A stretch of DNA of 64,000 nt from Candidatus Omnitrophota bacterium (GCA_030695905.1 JAUYOL010000015.1:8518-72517), one strand, 5' to 3'; positions 26,057 through 36,556 are shown, numbered from the stretch's first letter. A program made the numbers and translations. Notes: generated by a model from the letters alone, not told the origin.

Positions 26057-27766
26057 ATGTCAGAGAATGCGGAAAATCAAATTATTGAAACGGATATTCT
26101 GATTATCGGAAGTGGTCCGGCGGGGCTATCCGCCGCGATTCATTTTACCGATCTTATATGTCAGCATAATAAGGCTGTCGAGGCCAGATCGTTAAATGAA
26201 GCAAAGCTTCCTTTAAATGTTATGCTCCTTGAAAAGGCCCACGCTTTAGGAAACCATACTCTCTCAGGCGCTGTAATTAATCCGGTTTCGCTCCGCCAGC
26301 TTTTACCTGATATTGCAGATAAAGATATGCCTTTTGAAAGCCCGGTTCTTAAAGAAGATATCCGGTTTTTCACCAAAGATAAATCTTTCAAGCTTCCTTT
26401 CAAGCCGCCTTATATGTCCAACAAAGGAAATTATATCTCATGCTTGGGTAAAGTGGTGCGCTGGCTCGGCGGGATCGCGGAAAAAAAAGGCGCTCAAGTA
26501 TTTACCGGTATTAGCGCCTGCGAGCTTCTTTTTGAAAACGGCAAGGTCGCGGGCGTTCGGACCTGCGCTTCAGGTATTGATAAACATGGCATGAGGCTGC
26601 CGAATTACCAGCCCCCCGCAGATGTCAGGGCCAAGATCACCATTCTCGCTGAAGGGGTAAGAGGATATCTTACTAAGGCGCTGATCAAGCAATTGAGTTT
26701 ATCGAGAAATCGCAATCCGCAAGTTTATTCTTTAGGCGTCAAAGAGGTTTGGAAAATACCGGAAGGCGTATTTAAACCCGGTCATGTCATGCACACTCTT
26801 GGCTACCCGCTCGATTTTAATCAATTTGGAGGCGGTTTTGTTTATGGCTTAAGCAAGGATCTCATAGCTGTCGGCTTTGTCGTTGGTTTGGATTACAACG
26901 ACCCTACTTTTGATATACATCATGCGCTTCAAATTTACAAAATGCACCCCCATATTCTTCGTATTATTAAAGACGGTAAAATAGTGCGTTATGGAGCTAA
27001 AACTATACCGGAAGGCGGGTTTTTTTCTATGCCCCAACTGTACCATGATAATGTGATGATCGTAGGTGATTCTGCCGGCTTTACGTCTGTGCCCAGCCTG
27101 AAAGGAGTCCATCTGGCAATCCAGTCCGGGATGCTTGCGGCGAAAACAGCGTTTGATGCCATCAAAAAGAATAACACCTCCGCCGGTCAGCTTGCCGTTT
27201 ACGAAGAACTCTTTAAAAAAAGCCCTGCCTATAAAGAGCTTTATGCCGTCAGGAATTTCCGCCAGGGCTTTAAAACAAATTTATTATTTGGCATGTTGCA
27301 GTTTGGCGCGCAAATTTTAACCGGCGGCCGCGGCTTATCTTTGAGCGGGAGGCAAGCCATAAAGGAAGATTATAAACATTGCCGGTTGATCAAAGAGCTG
27401 AATGGGAGAACATTTTTAGAGCGGAATAAGGACAAGCTGGCTTTCGATGATAAAATGACATTTAGTAAGGAAGCCGATCTATTTTATTCCGGGACAAAGC
27501 ATAATGAAGAACAGCCCTCTCATATTGTGGTGCCGAGTGCCGATGTTTGCCAGGAGTGCATTAAAAAGTATAATGCGCCATGCCAGAGATTCTGTCCATC
27601 AGATGTTTTTGAAATCACCACTGATCCGAAAACAGGAAAAAAAGAATTAGTACTTCATCCATCGAATTGCCTGCACTGCAAGACATGTGATATTAAAGAC
27701 CCCTTCGAAAATGCAATATGGAACCCGCCCTACGGCGGCGATGGCCCGCGATACGAGAGTATGTGA
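26057..27766 (+). CDS. Electron transfer flavoprotein:quinone oxidoreductase (ETF-QO)
   Basis: GSGPAG FAD motif, LSGAV, GVKEVW, GAKTIPEGG, C-terminal CQRFCP...CLHCKTC Fe-S region. Confidence 0.92.
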   Translation: MSENAENQIIETDILIIGSGPAGLSAAIHFTDLICQHNKAVEARSLNEAKLPLNVMLLEKAHALGNHTLSGAVINPVSLRQLLPDIADKDMPFESPVLKEDIRFFTKDKSFKLPFKPPYMSNKGNYISCLGKVVRWLGGIAEKKGAQVFTGISACELLFENGKVAGVRTCASGIDKHGMRLPNYQPPADVRAKITILAEGVRGYLTKALIKQLSLSRNRNPQVYSLGVKEVWKIPEGVFKPGHVMHTLGYPLDFNQFGGGFVYGLSKDLIAVGFVVGLDYNDPTFDIHHALQIYKMHPHILRIIKDGKIVRYGAKTIPEGGFFSMPQLYHDNVMIVGDSAGFTSVPSLKGVHLAIQSGMLAAKTAFDAIKKNNTSAGQLAVYEELFKKSPAYKELYAVRNFRQGFKTNLLFGMLQFGAQILTGGRGLSLSGRQAIKEDYKHCRLIKELNGRTFLERNKDKLAFDDKMTFSKEADLFYSGTKHNEEQPSHIVVPSADVCQECIKKYNAPCQRFCPSDVFEITTDPKTGKKELVLHPSNCLHCKTCDIKDPFENAIWNPPYGGDGPRYESM

Positions 27767-27787
27767 AAATTATAGGCATCAGTATAA

Positions 27788-28342
27788 ATGCATTCTTTTC
27801 TCGAACTTGTAAATAAAAGAAGCAGCGTGAGAAGGTATTCCGCGAGGCCGATACCGCGGGAAGTCATTGGTAGATGCCTCGAGGCAGCGCGGCTGGCGCC
27901 GTCTGCCTGCAATTCACAGCCATGGTATTTTATAATAGTCGACGACCCCTCATTGAAGGATAAGATTTCAGCTGCGGCCTTTTCCGGAATATATTCGATG
28001 AACTCGTTCGCTAAAAACGCGCCTGCGCTTGCTGTAGTGGTCAGAGAGAAATCCAGCCGGCTTGCTGCTGCCGGAGGATGTTTCAGGGGCGTTCAGTACA
28101 ATCTGATAGATATCGGCATAGCATGCGAGCATTTTATTCTGCAGGCCGCGGAGGATGGTGTCGGGACATGCTGGCTCGGCTGGTTCAATGAAAGAGCGGT
28201 AAAGAAGGCTCTGGGCATACCAAGAGAGAAGAAGGCCGACATGATAATAAGCATGGGTTATCCTGAAAAGATAAGCGAGAGGCCCAAGACGAGAAAGTCT
28301 TTAGACGAGATCAGCACCTTCAATAATCCCCACAAATCATAA
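27788..28342 (+). CDS. Nitroreductase family protein
   Basis: RSSVRRY, ARLAPSACNSQPW, GTCWLG. Confidence 0.9.
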   Translation: MHSFLELVNKRSSVRRYSARPIPREVIGRCLEAARLAPSACNSQPWYFIIVDDPSLKDKISAAAFSGIYSMNSFAKNAPALAVVVREKSSRLAAAGGCFRGVQYNLIDIGIACEHFILQAAEDGVGTCWLGWFNERAVKKALGIPREKKADMIISMGYPEKISERPKTRKSLDEISTFNNPHKS

Positions 28343-28366
28343 ATAAAATCAAATAAGATATTTTTC

Positions 28367-28395
28367 TTGACAAGAAACGCCATGTCTGGTATTAT
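28367..28395 (+). promoter_or_regulatory. Sigma70 promoter
   Basis: TTGACA-17 bp-TATTAT with TG extension. Confidence 0.75.
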
Positions 28396-28414
28396 TGAAA
28401 ACGATTTTCAATAA
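28392..28414. promoter_or_regulatory. Fur-box-like operator 1
   Basis: TTATTGAAAA-CGA-TTTTCAATAA perfect 10-3-10 inverted repeat overlapping the -10 element. Confidence 0.75.
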
Positions 28415-28440
28415 GTGAGTGGATCAAGGGGTGAATAAAT

Positions 28441-28701
28441 TTGAAAGTGGTAATTTTGGTAGCCATAATGATCTTGTTTGGCTGTGCCGCCGCGACAAAA
28501 CAACTTAACGCCCAAGCGCGAGACCCGGATTTATTATACCGCGCTAAATGTACGGCGTGTCATAGATTATATCCGCCCCAGGATTATACTTATCAGAAGT
28601 TTCAGGTATACGTAACAAGATACGGTTCAGGCCTTAGTGACGAAGAGCGGCCCAGGCTTTTAGACTATTTAGCAGAGAACGCAAAACAGGAGCGCGAATG
28701 A
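28441..28701 (+). CDS. Small monohaem c-type cytochrome lipoprotein
   Basis: Lipobox LFGC, single CTACH; TTG start with GGGG SD. Confidence 0.7.
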   Translation: MKVVILVAIMILFGCAAATKQLNAQARDPDLLYRAKCTACHRLYPPQDYTYQKFQVYVTRYGSGLSDEERPRLLDYLAENAKQERE

Positions 28702-28756
28702 AGAACAAAAATAGGTAATAATTAAGAGGGGAGGGTAGAAATTTTTTTAAGATATA

Positions 28757-28775
28757 ATTGAAAATGATTTTCAAT
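28757..28775. promoter_or_regulatory. Fur-box-like operator 2
   Basis: ATTGAAAA-TGA-TTTTCAAT just upstream of the AGGAGG SD. Confidence 0.75.
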
Positions 28776-28789
28776 AAAAGGAGGATAAG

Positions 28790-29515
28790 ATGTTTAAGAA
28801 AATAACAGCTGTTTTTATTGTGTGCCTTTTAGGCATCACATGCATTTCAGAAAATGTTTTTGCTGATAGAAGAAGCTATGTATGGACCTATGAGTACCAG
28901 ACCATGCCCAAAGGGATGGCCGAGATTGAATACTATTTGACAGAGGAGCAGAAAAACATAAATAAAGCTAAGCCCAATACCTGGAAACACTGGTTTGAGC
29001 TGGAATACGGCATCACGGACCATTGGGATATAAGCATGTATCAGCAGTTCAAACAGTCCAATACAATTTCATCCAGCACATTCGAATACGACGGGTTTAA
29101 GGTCAGAACAAGGTATCGATTTTTTGAGAAGGATAAACTGCCCGTTGACACCATGTTATACCTTGAATATATAAGGAACGATAATCTCGAGAAGCCGAAT
29201 GTGCTGGAGGGGAAAATCATCTTTGCCAAAGATATTGCCAATTTTAATATAGCCTATAATCAGATATTGAAACAGGAATTGGCCTATGCCGGCAAAACCG
29301 AACATGAATATGCGGCAGGCGTAAGTTACGAAATAACACCGGCATTTAAAATCGGGATTGAATCGAAGGGCAACTATACGGACCGAAAATATTATGTCGG
29401 CCCGACTATAGGATGGGCGTCGTCCAAATTCTGGGTTTCTGCGGGTGTTGCAGCCGGACTTAATGAGCAAAGCGATGATATGCAGGTCAGGATGATAATG
29501 GGATTCCTTTTCTGA
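28790..29515 (+). CDS. Small outer-membrane beta-barrel protein
   Basis: Signal peptide (VFA-D), alternating aromatic beta-strand pattern, C-terminal Phe. Confidence 0.7.
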   Translation: MFKKITAVFIVCLLGITCISENVFADRRSYVWTYEYQTMPKGMAEIEYYLTEEQKNINKAKPNTWKHWFELEYGITDHWDISMYQQFKQSNTISSSTFEYDGFKVRTRYRFFEKDKLPVDTMLYLEYIRNDNLEKPNVLEGKIIFAKDIANFNIAYNQILKQELAYAGKTEHEYAAGVSYEITPAFKIGIESKGNYTDRKYYVGPTIGWASSKFWVSAGVAAGLNEQSDDMQVRMIMGFLF

Positions 29516-29519
29516 TGAT

Positions 29520-30950
29520 TTAAAATAAGAATGATTGCGACGCCCTGACCCAATTTAAAAAAGGAGCGGGATAGAGGCCTACTATTAACACGCCTGTCAT
29601 TACTATAACAAGCGCGGCCTGAAGAGGCAATGATCTTTGCCCGGCACTCGCCACTTTTGGTTCATCAAGGTACATAAACTTGATTACCCGCATATAGTAA
29701 TACGCCGCTACCACACTATTTACGACACCTGCTATAGCAAGAAGAATGAACTTCGATTGGATCGCGGCGGCAAATACCAGGAATTTTCCCAAAAACCCCG
29801 CTAACGGCGGTACCCCCGCGAGCGATAGTAAAAATACGGTCAGCATGAATGCGGTGAAAGGATTCTTTTTGGAGAGTCCCGCATAATCTTCTATTGCGTC
29901 ACTTCCTATAGAGTTTGAAACCAGAATAATACATCCAAAGGCGCCTAAGTTCATGAGAGCGTAGGCAAGGATATAATACATGACGCCTTCCATCCCCGAC
30001 GCGGTTCCGACAACAAAGCCTATGAGTATATATCCGGCCTGAGCTATGGATGAGTATGCCAGCATGCGTTTTATGTTGCTTTGAGAAATAGCTATGACAT
30101 TTCCGATGGTCATGGTAAAAATCGATATGAGCATGACCAGGCCCGACCAGTTGGCGTATAGGGGAAGAAAATTTTCCGTAAATATGCGCAACAGTATGGC
30201 AAAACCTGCGGCCTTCGGCCCGGCAGAAATGAACGCAGTGACAGCCGTAGGCGCTCCTTGATATGCGTCTGGCGCCCACATATGGAACGGCACGAGCGCG
30301 CATTTGAAACTGATGCCTGCCAATATTAGTATAAGCAGAATTAATGCGACAAAAATGTTCACTTGCCCTGCTTTCAAGGCGCTTGAAATCAGAGACAGGT
30401 CTGTAGTGCCGAATAATCCATAGGCCAAAGAAATACCGTAAAGCATTATGCCTGTTGAAAGAGCGCCGAACAGGAAATATTTCAAAGCTCCCTCGCTTGA
30501 TAAAGGGTCGTGTTTAAGGAACGCGACCAGGATGTATGAAATTAACGAAAGCATCTCAAGTGATATGTAGATCATGAGCAGGTTATTTGACGAAACCGCC
30601 AGAAGGAGCGCGATAGCGGCGTTTAGAAGAAGAAAATAATATTCTCCCATGGATTCTTCTTTTAACGCCTTATAACCCATCGAGATCAGGATTACGATGC
30701 CGGTGACGAATAAGCATATCTCTTTAAAAAATAGAGAGAATGAATCGTTGGTGAGCATGTCAAAAAAGATGACCGGATTCGTTTTATGGCTTTGCGGCAG
30801 GCATAATGACGCGGCTACAACCGCTAAAAGGGCAAGTGCTCCCAGTATATGCTTATTTCTGATGAATAATGAAGAGATCAGAATTGTAATCGAAAATCCA
30901 AGCAGTATGATCTCCGGAGCGATAAATCTTATATTTTCAATGATGGTCAA
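29520..30950 (-). CDS. nuoN: NADH-quinone oxidoreductase subunit N
   Basis: EGALKYF, PFHMWAPDAYQGAP, KRMLAYSSI, SLAGVPP. Confidence 0.93.
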   Translation of the reverse strand: MTIIENIRFIAPEIILLGFSITILISSLFIRNKHILGALALLAVVAASLCLPQSHKTNPVIFFDMLTNDSFSLFFKEICLFVTGIVILISMGYKALKEESMGEYYFLLLNAAIALLLAVSSNNLLMIYISLEMLSLISYILVAFLKHDPLSSEGALKYFLFGALSTGIMLYGISLAYGLFGTTDLSLISSALKAGQVNIFVALILLILILAGISFKCALVPFHMWAPDAYQGAPTAVTAFISAGPKAAGFAILLRIFTENFLPLYANWSGLVMLISIFTMTIGNVIAISQSNIKRMLAYSSIAQAGYILIGFVVGTASGMEGVMYYILAYALMNLGAFGCIILVSNSIGSDAIEDYAGLSKKNPFTAFMLTVFLLSLAGVPPLAGFLGKFLVFAAAIQSKFILLAIAGVVNSVVAAYYYMRVIKFMYLDEPKVASAGQRSLPLQAALVIVMTGVLIVGLYPAPFLNWVRASQSFLF

Positions 30951-32425
30951 AATATCAATCCCCCGAGTTTTTGTATGAGTGAGTTGACAGATACAAGCTG
31001 GTATTTAAGCGCTAATAAAGGATATACGCCTATCGCTATTGTGATTATCGCAAGGGGTATCAATGTAAAAAGCTCGCGTTTATTTATATCAAGAATGGCC
31101 GCCCATTTTTGATTTAAAGGCCCAAGAAGCACTCTCTGGATCATATATAAGAAATATCCCGCGGTTATGATTAATCCTAAGACGGAAACAATAGTTATTA
31201 TTTTGAATACAGGATATGCTCCCATAAGCGCCATGAATTCACTTACGAACCCGCTTAAGCCGGGAAGGCCCAGCGATGCGAGCGTGAATACGGTCAGTAT
31301 CCCGCCATAGACAGGCATCTTCACGCCAAGCCCCCCGAATTTATCAAGCTCTCTTGTATGCGCGCGATCATAAAGCACGCCGACCAGGAAGAACATCCCG
31401 CCTGTTATTATTCCGTGATTGAACATTTCAAGAAGAGCGCCGTTAAGCCCGGTTACAGACATGCTGGCCAGGCCGAGCATTACAAATCCCATGTGGCTTA
31501 CAGATGAATAAGCGACCATTTTTTTAAAATCTGTCTGTGCCATTGCCACGAACGCTCCGTAAACTATGTTTATTACACCGACGATAGCAAATGGCAGCGC
31601 AAAATAATGCGCTGCGTCCCTTAATAACGGAAAACTTATTCTGAAGAAACCATACCCTCCCATCTTAAGCAAAACACCGGCCAGTAAAACGCTTATAGGG
31701 GTCGGCGCTTCGACGTGCGCGTCAGGAAGCCATGTGTGGAAGGGGAAGGCCGGGACTTTTACCGCGAACCCGAGATAAAAAGCTATGAATATTATGATCT
31801 GCATACCCAGCGTCAAGGCATTTCCCGTTTTACCGAGTTCCAATATATTGAAAGTATGCGGCGCGGACATGAAGTAGAGCGCAAGTATACCCAGAAGCAT
31901 GAAGACCGAGCCTGCCAGGGTATATATAAAGAACTTTATGGCAGCGTATTCTTTTCTCGGGCCGCCCCAGATGCCTATCAAAAAATACATCGGGACCAAT
32001 ACTATTTCCCATAGGACATAGAATAGGACAAGGTCGAGCGCGGCAAATGTGCCGAGCATGCCGGTTGAGAGCAGTAGATATAAGAAGAAATATTCCTTCT
32101 GCCGTGTATCTATGCCGTAAGATCCTATGCACGCCAGGAAACTCAATAAAGTCGTCAGGACTATAAGGCCGATACTTAAGCCGTCTACGCCGAGGTGATA
32201 GAATACATTTATCGACGGGATCCAGCTTGCGATCTCCTCAAATTGCATTGCGCTGCTTGAGTGGTTAAACTTCAGCAATAAAAGGACGGAGAGTATAAAA
32301 GAAATAGCGGTGGCAGCCGTGGCGATCGTTTTTATCAATACTATATTTCTTTTGGGAGCGAAAAGTATTAATATGCCGCCAACCAGCGGCAAAAATACAA
32401 TATAAGACAAAATCGGGAAATGCAT
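30947..32425 (-). CDS. nuoM: NADH-quinone oxidoreductase subunit M
   Basis: GVDGLS, AAIKFFIYT, HTWLPDAHVEAP, AYSSVSHMG. Confidence 0.95.
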   Translation of the reverse strand: MHFPILSYIVFLPLVGGILILFAPKRNIVLIKTIATAATAISFILSVLLLLKFNHSSSAMQFEEIASWIPSINVFYHLGVDGLSIGLIVLTTLLSFLACIGSYGIDTRQKEYFFLYLLLSTGMLGTFAALDLVLFYVLWEIVLVPMYFLIGIWGGPRKEYAAIKFFIYTLAGSVFMLLGILALYFMSAPHTFNILELGKTGNALTLGMQIIIFIAFYLGFAVKVPAFPFHTWLPDAHVEAPTPISVLLAGVLLKMGGYGFFRISFPLLRDAAHYFALPFAIVGVINIVYGAFVAMAQTDFKKMVAYSSVSHMGFVMLGLASMSVTGLNGALLEMFNHGIITGGMFFLVGVLYDRAHTRELDKFGGLGVKMPVYGGILTVFTLASLGLPGLSGFVSEFMALMGAYPVFKIITIVSVLGLIITAGYFLYMIQRVLLGPLNQKWAAILDINKRELFTLIPLAIITIAIGVYPLLALKYQLVSVNSLIQKLGGLIF

Positions 32426-32427
32426 CT

Positions 32428-34347
32428 TTATCCTCCTATTAATTTAACAAAAATAATAAGCGCCAGGCAGAAGAACGCTATGAGTAAATACGTCTGGATA
32501 TAACCCGTTTGAATCCGCCGCAATGTGGCTGAAAATAATCCCACGACATTCGCAGTCATATTTACCGCGCCGTCCACTATATAACGGTCTATCCAGGCTT
32601 TTATCTTACTTAAGATAACAGCCACCCGGGCAGTCCCATTAACGGCGCCATCTATTATGCCCAGATCGAATTTAGACGCAAGGCGGGCCAGGCGGACAGC
32701 CGGTTTAATAAATATAAATTCATAAATTTCATCGATATAATATTTGTTATATAAGAGGTTATACAGGGGCGCGAATTTATTTCGTATTCCAAGCGGCAAT
32801 ATTTTGTTCTTCATTATATAGAATAGATACGCTGTCCCTATGCCTAACGATGCCGCAAGAGTAGAAAGAAGCATGACGAGATAATTCGGGGCGAGGCTCT
32901 CGGAATTCTCGGATAGGCCGGGATGGATAAAGGCCTGAAACGCATTATGCATAAAAGGGGACCCCACGAAGCCTATAAATATAGCAAATATCGCCAGTAT
33001 AGACAGTGGGATGGTCATTACTTTCGGAGATTCATGAGGGTGGAGTTCCGACCGCGGTTTTCCGAATAGGACCAAAAATATAAGCCTGAACATGTAAAAT
33101 GCCGTCAAAAGGCTCGTTATCATCGCTATTGCAAAAAGATAAGGATGTCCGCTATGCAAGGCCTCGGACAGTATCTCGTCTTTTGACCAGAATCCGGAGA
33201 ATGGCGGCACGCCTGAAATTGCGAGACTCGCTATTACAAAAGTCATGCCCGTAATCTTCATCTTTTGAAATATGCCGCCCATCTGGCGTATATCCTGAGT
33301 ATGTATAGAATGTATTACGCTGCCGGCGCATAGGAAGAGAAGAGCCTTAAAAAAGGCGTGCGTCATGAGATGGAATGTTCCCGCGGAATATCCGCCCACA
33401 CCCAGGCCTATCATCATGAACCCCAGCTGGCTTATGGTCGAATACGCAAGTATACGTTTTATGTCATTATTTACAGTCGCGATGGTGGCGGCAAAGATAG
33501 CCGTAGTCGCGCCGATATACGCCACCCAGATCAGCGCCGGCTGATGCGCCAAAAATAATACAAAGCATCTGGCGACCAGATACACTCCTGCGGCGACCAT
33601 TGTCGCTGCGTGGATCAGTGCCGAGACAGGTGTGGGACCCTCCATGGCGTCAGGCAGCCATACATGAAGCGGAACCTGTGCGGATTTTCCTATAGCGCCG
33701 CAGAATATCAGTAACGCCGCCGCAGTGAATAATGGGCTGTGGTCGGTTATGCCGGCCAGTCCGCTGAAATGTACCGTGTGAGCCGAGAAGAATAGGATAA
33801 ATACGCCGATCAAAAGGCCGGCATCTCCTATCCTCGTAGTTACGAATGCCTTCATGCCTGCTTTCGCGGCAGATGTTTTTTCGAACCAGAATGAGATTAA
33901 TAGGTACGAGCAGAGCCCTACTCCTTCCCAGAATATCAGAAGCGTAATAAAGTTGTCGGCGAGAAGAAGCCCGAGCATCGAACTCATAAAAAGCGACATA
34001 TAGGCGAAGAATCTGGAAAAACGCGGATCATCCTTCATGTAGCCTATAGAATATATCTGGATAAGCGTTCCGATGATAGTCACAACAAGAAGCATCATAC
34101 AGGTTAACGGGTCGACTATTACGCCGACATTTAATGACGTGGCGCCGAATACGATCCACTTAAATAGGGTATACGAGCCATGGCCCTTAAGTAATAAGGC
34201 AAACGTATAAATGGAAAGGCACAAAGAGATGCCACAGGCAAGGATCGACACAATCGCGCTTATCTTTTTAATCTTCCGACCGAAAAAGATATTTATCACA
34301 AATGCTAAAAAAGGGAAAACCGGTATTAGGTGCGCTATGTTTACCAT
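32428..34347 (-). CDS. nuoL: NADH-quinone oxidoreductase subunit L
   Basis: WEGVGLCSY, GKSAQVPLHVWLPDAMEGPTPVSALIHAATMV, HAFFKALLFL. Confidence 0.95.
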   Translation of the reverse strand: MVNIAHLIPVFPFLAFVINIFFGRKIKKISAIVSILACGISLCLSIYTFALLLKGHGSYTLFKWIVFGATSLNVGVIVDPLTCMMLLVVTIIGTLIQIYSIGYMKDDPRFSRFFAYMSLFMSSMLGLLLADNFITLLIFWEGVGLCSYLLISFWFEKTSAAKAGMKAFVTTRIGDAGLLIGVFILFFSAHTVHFSGLAGITDHSPLFTAAALLIFCGAIGKSAQVPLHVWLPDAMEGPTPVSALIHAATMVAAGVYLVARCFVLFLAHQPALIWVAYIGATTAIFAATIATVNNDIKRILAYSTISQLGFMMIGLGVGGYSAGTFHLMTHAFFKALLFLCAGSVIHSIHTQDIRQMGGIFQKMKITGMTFVIASLAISGVPPFSGFWSKDEILSEALHSGHPYLFAIAMITSLLTAFYMFRLIFLVLFGKPRSELHPHESPKVMTIPLSILAIFAIFIGFVGSPFMHNAFQAFIHPGLSENSESLAPNYLVMLLSTLAASLGIGTAYLFYIMKNKILPLGIRNKFAPLYNLLYNKYYIDEIYEFIFIKPAVRLARLASKFDLGIIDGAVNGTARVAVILSKIKAWIDRYIVDGAVNMTANVVGLFSATLRRIQTGYIQTYLLIAFFCLALIIFVKLIGG

Positions 34348-34649
34348 TTCATTAAATTTAGTTTATTTACCAATATAGTCTTCACATTTCTGTATATCGA
34401 GATCACCAAACCCAGACCGACTACGGCCGAAGCAGCGGCAATAGCTATTACGAAAAGGGCAAATATCTGGCCCAAACCGTCGTTTGACCCCAAAAATTTA
34501 TTGAACATTATCAGGTTTATATTAGCCGCGTTTAATATCAATTCGATAGACATTAAAATCCCGATGGCATTCCTGCGTGTTAAGATTCCGAATATACCTA
34601 TTGAAAACAGTGCCGCGCTCAAGATCAAAAAATGGCTCTGGCAGATCAT
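34341..34649 (-). CDS. nuoK: NADH-quinone oxidoreductase subunit K
   Basis: RRNAIGILMSIELILNAAN; operon position. Confidence 0.93.
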   Translation of the reverse strand: MICQSHFLILSAALFSIGIFGILTRRNAIGILMSIELILNAANINLIMFNKFLGSNDGLGQIFALFVIAIAAASAVVGLGLVISIYRNVKTILVNKLNLMKW

Positions 34650-35188
34650 CTCTTCCCCTGCCTTCCGATGACTATGGCCCCGACAAGTGCCGCCAGCGAG
34701 ATCAAAGATATGACTTCAAATGGCAGGACATATTTTGACATCAGAAGTTTTCCCAACTGCGGAAGGCCCAAAGGCGCCGTCTCCTGCCCGACGGCATGCC
34801 AGGCAGCCCTGGCTGTCACTTTAATAAGTATAAAAAATATTGCCAGTGATGCTAACGCGGGAATCCATATGCGCCGGATCATTTCACGCATAGAGCCGGT
34901 ATCGCCTTGCGCGGTCAGCATTATTGTAAAGATGAATAATGTTACTATGGCGCCTACATAGATCAGGATCTGCACGATAGCCAGGAATTCCGCGTCTAAA
35001 TATAAGTAGACGCACGCTATGCCTATCAGCGTGAGGGCAAGATATATAGCGCTATGGAATATGTTACGGCTCATCACGACTAAAGCTGCGAATAGTAACG
35101 TGCCGCAAGCGATTGTATAGAATGTCGCTTTGATCACTATGTCTTGAGGAATGCCGGTATTATTTAACAGTTGGATTAATCCACTCAC
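34646..35188 (-). CDS. nuoJ: NADH-quinone oxidoreductase subunit J
   Basis: AEFLAIVQILIYVGAI, PFEVIS. Confidence 0.93.
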   Translation of the reverse strand: MSGLIQLLNNTGIPQDIVIKATFYTIACGTLLFAALVVMSRNIFHSAIYLALTLIGIACVYLYLDAEFLAIVQILIYVGAIVTLFIFTIMLTAQGDTGSMREMIRRIWIPALASLAIFFILIKVTARAAWHAVGQETAPLGLPQLGKLLMSKYVLPFEVISLISLAALVGAIVIGRQGKR

Positions 35189-35612
35189 TATACTTCTCCG
35201 GATCTAACAGGTCTATATATAATTTATTACGGTCGTATACGCTTATCTCATATATCTTATTCATGTATACCGCGCTCGTCGGGCATACCTGCTGGCACAG
35301 CCCGCAAAAACAGCAAAGTTCCATGTTGTATTTAAACGTCTCAAGAGATTTTTTCTTATCTGCCTCTTTATGGGTAATGGCAAGGCACGCTGTCGGGCAT
35401 ATCTTTACGCATTGGTTGCAGACGATGCATTTTTCACGGCGCAAGTCCACCAGCCCTCTGAATCGTTCTGTCATAGGCTGTTTTTGCGTCGGATACTGGA
35501 GCGTTATCGCGGGCCTTAAGTGGTACTTTAGCGTAATTGCAAGCCCCTTTACGAGGCTCCACGCGCCGCCGATAACATTTTTCAAAAAATTTATCGTTTT
35601 AATAATAACCAT
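35160..35612 (-). CDS. nuoI: NADH-quinone oxidoreductase subunit I
   Basis: TLQYP, RFRG, two ferredoxin motifs CIVCNQCVKICP and CCFCGLCQQVCP. Confidence 0.92.
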   Translation of the reverse strand: MVIIKTINFLKNVIGGAWSLVKGLAITLKYHLRPAITLQYPTQKQPMTERFRGLVDLRREKCIVCNQCVKICPTACLAITHKEADKKKSLETFKYNMELCCFCGLCQQVCPTSAVYMNKIYEISVYDRNKLYIDLLDPEKYSEWINPTVK

Positions 35613-36556
35613 CCTGATACCGCCAGATTAATAAACGCAACTGGTGTTAAAACTTTCCACGCGAATGCCATCAATTGGTCCACCCTTACACGCGGGAATG
35701 TCCACCTGACCCACATCCAGATAAATATGAGAGCGTATGTCTTGATCAGAAACCACGCCACAGGCGGTAATATCGGACCTTGCCAACCTCCGAAGAAGAG
35801 CGTGGTCGCGATTGCCGCTATAATGAAAAGGCTCGTGTATTCCCCCACGAAGAACATGGCGAATTTCATTCCCGAATATTCCGTATGAAATCCCGCGACG
35901 AGCTCCGATTCGGCCTCGGGTATGTCGAAGGGGGCCCTATTTACTTCGGCAGTAGCGGCTATAGTATAGATTACGAAGGCCAATATCATGTCCGGGTGGA
36001 ATATATACCAGCACTTTTCCTGCGCCTCGACTATTTTTTGCATCGAAAACGAATTAGCGTGCATTGCTACGATGACCACCGATAGTATCATCGGGACCTC
36101 ATAGCTTATTATTTGCGCCGCTGACCTCATGCCGCCGAGCAGGGAATATTTATTATTAGAACCCCAGCCCGCCATGAATATCCCGATCACGCATATAGAA
36201 GAGATAGCCATCATGTAAAGGATGCCGACATTTAAATCCTTCGGAATAAGGGTTCTGCCGAATGGTATTGTTACGAAGGCCATGACCGTGGGGACCACGA
36301 CAAAGAACGGCGCCAGCCACCACACCAATTTATCCGCTTCGGCGGGCCTTATATCTTCTTTGAGTAAAAGTTTAACCGCGTCCGCAATCGACTGTAAAAC
36401 GCCGTGCCATCCGACGCGCATAGGCCCGAATCTGGATTGTATATGGGCCGATATTTTTCTTTCCCACCAGATAAGGAACATGGCGGACGCCGCGATGAAG
36501 CCGAGCACCGCGAACCCTGTCGCCAGCATTAGTATAAAGGTAAGCATGGTTAACAT
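35591..36556 (-). CDS. nuoH: NADH-quinone oxidoreductase subunit H
   Basis: ERKISAHIQSRFGP, NRAPFDIPEAESELVAGFHTEY, PRVRVDQLM. Confidence 0.95.
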   Translation of the reverse strand: MLTMLTFILMLATGFAVLGFIAASAMFLIWWERKISAHIQSRFGPMRVGWHGVLQSIADAVKLLLKEDIRPAEADKLVWWLAPFFVVVPTVMAFVTIPFGRTLIPKDLNVGILYMMAISSICVIGIFMAGWGSNNKYSLLGGMRSAAQIISYEVPMILSVVIVAMHANSFSMQKIVEAQEKCWYIFHPDMILAFVIYTIAATAEVNRAPFDIPEAESELVAGFHTEYSGMKFAMFFVGEYTSLFIIAAIATTLFFGGWQGPILPPVAWFLIKTYALIFIWMWVRWTFPRVRVDQLMAFAWKVLTPVAFINLAVSGWLLLKR

